Shown piece after piece: positions 38,735 through 40,733 of a stretch of 40,733 nucleotides of DNA. Location of the stretch: the IMG/VR virus record IMGVR_UViG_3300045988_138709; one strand, written 5' to 3'. Under the pieces are notes generated by a model. The model did not search any database. It had not been told where the DNA came from and saw only the letters and a list, made by a program, of their open reading frames with translations. The position numbers were made by a program, and so were the translations under genes. Every line of letters starts with the position of its first letter. Position 1 is the first letter of the stretch. This DNA comes from a virus (taxonomy: Duplodnaviria; Heunggongvirae; Uroviricota; Caudoviricetes).

Positions 38735-39259
38735 GTGTTAACAAGGAATGAAATCGTGACAGAATTTCTTGAAAAAATGTTTGATCGTGTTTATTCGGAG
38801 AAAGACTTCAGCATTAACATCGCAATATTTGTCTCCGGAATCGCAGGAGTTACCTGTTATCTTATTCTTCGCGATTATGTACTGACTCTGTTTTCTTTTA
38901 TTATTATTTTTCCAGTTGTAAAGATTATTGCGGGAGGATTATATGTGCGAATTATTACCCGCAAGGGAGAGGCAGTTGCAGAAAAACGACTGGCAACGCT
39001 TTATAATTCTCTGACTGGAAGAGAAAAAGAAGTAGTCATGCACTTTGTGACGCATGGTGGTTCTGTTATGACATGGGGACAAATGAATAGGCTTGATGAT
39101 CCTGAACCGGGTGTAGAATCTCTGGCCCGTCGGGGATTACTGAATACGTCCGTAACGATGGATGGTATGCGAGAAACGTTTGAACTAGATCTGACCCTCT
39201 TTAATTATGCATATAAGTATCACCCCCATCAGGAGAAGATGCTTACTTCAGAAGAATAA
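38735..39259 (+). CDS. Hypothetical membrane protein (two to three N-terminal TM helices)
   Basis: 174-aa ORF with GTG start (alternative in-frame GTG at about 38756 has an AAGGA RBS); hydrophobic segments INIAIFVSGIAGVTCYLIL and LTLFSFIIIFPVV; AT-rich. Confidence 0.5.
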   Translation: MLTRNEIVTEFLEKMFDRVYSEKDFSINIAIFVSGIAGVTCYLILRDYVLTLFSFIIIFPVVKIIAGGLYVRIITRKGEAVAEKRLATLYNSLTGREKEVVMHFVTHGGSVMTWGQMNRLDDPEPGVESLARRGLLNTSVTMDGMRETFELDLTLFNYAYKYHPHQEKMLTSEE

Positions 39260-39528
39260 GAAATTTTTAATCTTTATGATGGAGATCTTAAACAGGATGG
39301 ACGCCTCCCATCCCGTTTATTCAAAGAATGTAAGGTTTACAGTATATACTCCATGTAAGAGGATGAACAGAAATCTATTCCTCCATATTAGCAATAATGT
39401 CATAAATTAGGCTTGCCAATTCGGTTAACAATATCTTCCGCCTCTCACGCTATAATGCCAGAAGCATTATACATTATAAAACATGAGAGGCGGACAAGAA
39501 TGCATCTTCAATCAAGGATTAATCTTAG

Positions 39529-40446
39529 TCATGGTTTGTTGCTAATATCTCTACAGTCAGGACAAATGTTAGTCCCCTCCCCAAGCCAAGAACTCATTTC
39601 CTCTTCAGGCCATTCAGCACCACAAACATCACATGTGACTTCAATTGAGCCTGAGTCTTCGGCACCGCAATACGTACAACGATATCCTGAAGTAGAATCG
39701 TTATTTTGAATCATTGTCTCATGACCACAGTAATCGCAGATATATTCTTTCCAATTAACTAACTCAAAAAACTTTGGTCTAACCCCAAGAAATGCTGCTT
39801 TTCTAGCATCAGCTACATCAAGATAACCTTCATGAACATTATGCTCATATTCGTCAGAAAGTATATTATAGGAATTAGATATTTCCTTAGAAACTTCTTT
39901 ATCTAGATCGTATAAACCAAATATATCAGAGAACTCAGCCAACCCTCTGACCAAACGCCCCATTGCCAGACGAACATGTTTAATAGTAAACGAGAATTCG
40001 TAATGCTCAATTGAATTTCTAAGATCTTTCATCCAAGCGATATCATCTAGTAACTCTTTATCAACTAAGTCCACAGAGGTTATGCTACACTTTTCATGTG
40101 TAGCTATCGATATTGCTTGATCCAAAGTAATAGTATGAGGATTTTTATGTCCTTTAATAAGTTCTTCAAAGTCGAATTCTTCAGCCTCCATTTTATAAAA
40201 AGCTTCAATAAGATTGACTTTGTCACTTTTGGCACGCTCTATTACTGCTCTGTAGCATTTTGAAAAAATCAAGTTTTCGTCTAATGTTTGAATATACATT
40301 TTCAACGTCAATTCAAAACAATGAGACAAATGTAGTATAGCAAACTTGAAAGCTTTATAATCTCCATTTTCTCCTTGCTGGAATTTTTTGATGGCTTCAT
40401 TAAAACTATCTAAAGCATTGGATTTTAGATCAAGTTTAAATTCCAT
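39529..40446 (-). CDS. HEPN-motif protein with C-terminal multi-CxxC zinc ribbon (candidate RNase-type abortive-infection effector)
   Basis: Alpha-helical N-terminal region containing R-x4-H (DLRNSIEHYEF); C-terminus CDYCGH...CTYCG...CDVCG...CPDC; start set to in-frame ATG (MEFKLDLK...), ORF track starts 3 codons upstream at GTG; AT-rich. Confidence 0.6.
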   Translation of the reverse strand: MEFKLDLKSNALDSFNEAIKKFQQGENGDYKAFKFAILHLSHCFELTLKMYIQTLDENLIFSKCYRAVIERAKSDKVNLIEAFYKMEAEEFDFEELIKGHKNPHTITLDQAISIATHEKCSITSVDLVDKELLDDIAWMKDLRNSIEHYEFSFTIKHVRLAMGRLVRGLAEFSDIFGLYDLDKEVSKEISNSYNILSDEYEHNVHEGYLDVADARKAAFLGVRPKFFELVNWKEYICDYCGHETMIQNNDSTSGYRCTYCGAEDSGSIEVTCDVCGAEWPEEEMSSWLGEGTNICPDCRDISNKP

Positions 40447-40733
40447 TGTTTTCACTTACTTTACTTGAATGGTAGAATATTTTTACATAATTAAGAACGC
40501 TGCGCTATAGCATCGGAGGTACTAACTTCCGCTCCTCGCTCATAACAGACATAAACTTCAGTTATGGCATAAAGGTATGCATGCTGGGTGGGGAAAGTAT
40601 GAAGGAAAAGAAGACTGCTGCGCCGTTTGTCGTCACGTTTATCTTCATTGGCTATGCAAGTCGTAATACAAGGTGGGACAAAACTGAGACACATAAGGCC
40701 TCGCAATGGCTTGCAAGGCTTTACATGTTTTGA

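Noticed and set aside
39413-39709. 98-aa + strand ORF overlapping the 3' end of the HEPN-motif gene
   Set aside because: Antisense to a better-supported gene; Ser-rich low-complexity translation; no RBS.

Overview
The window is almost entirely one intact-looking temperate prophage integrated at the 3' end of a tRNA-Thr(CGU) gene (115-190); its right attachment site was not found inside the window. The two strongest candidates for an undescribed system are an antisense three-gene membrane-protein cassette wedged between the Q antiterminator and the late region (12406-13960), and AT-rich right-end cargo (a GIY-YIG-motif protein bracketed by ~35-bp hairpin repeats, 37304-38350, and a HEPN-motif zinc-ribbon protein, 39529-40446). 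Gene order, left to right: tRNA/attL, integrase, excisionase, early-left accessory genes (HD-domain hydrolase, DUF2303-like, small proteins), a structured non-coding block, a divergent CI-like repressor / Cro-like switch with GTAC-core operators, a CII-like protein, an O-like replication initiator with internal iterons, a Dam-like methyltransferase, a LexA-N-domain-only protein, RusA, KilA-N, DUF968, Q, the antisense cassette, a second DNA methyltransferase, lysis genes (holin, lambda-R-type endolysin, Rz/Rz1), HNH endonuclease with small and large terminase, HK97-type portal/protease/capsid, a Mu-like contractile tail (sheath, tube, chaperone with a -1 frameshift, tape measure, baseplate), and a tail fibre with a Pin/Gin-type invertible segment and its invertase. 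Limits: no database search or computation was run. CDS coordinates come from the supplied ORF track with starts adjusted by eye. Motif coordinates were read by eye and may be off by 1-2 nt; in two places my reading of homopolymer runs disagreed with the ORF track by one base. Family assignments rest on recognised motifs and recalled similarity, and gene symbols are given only where I am fairly sure.
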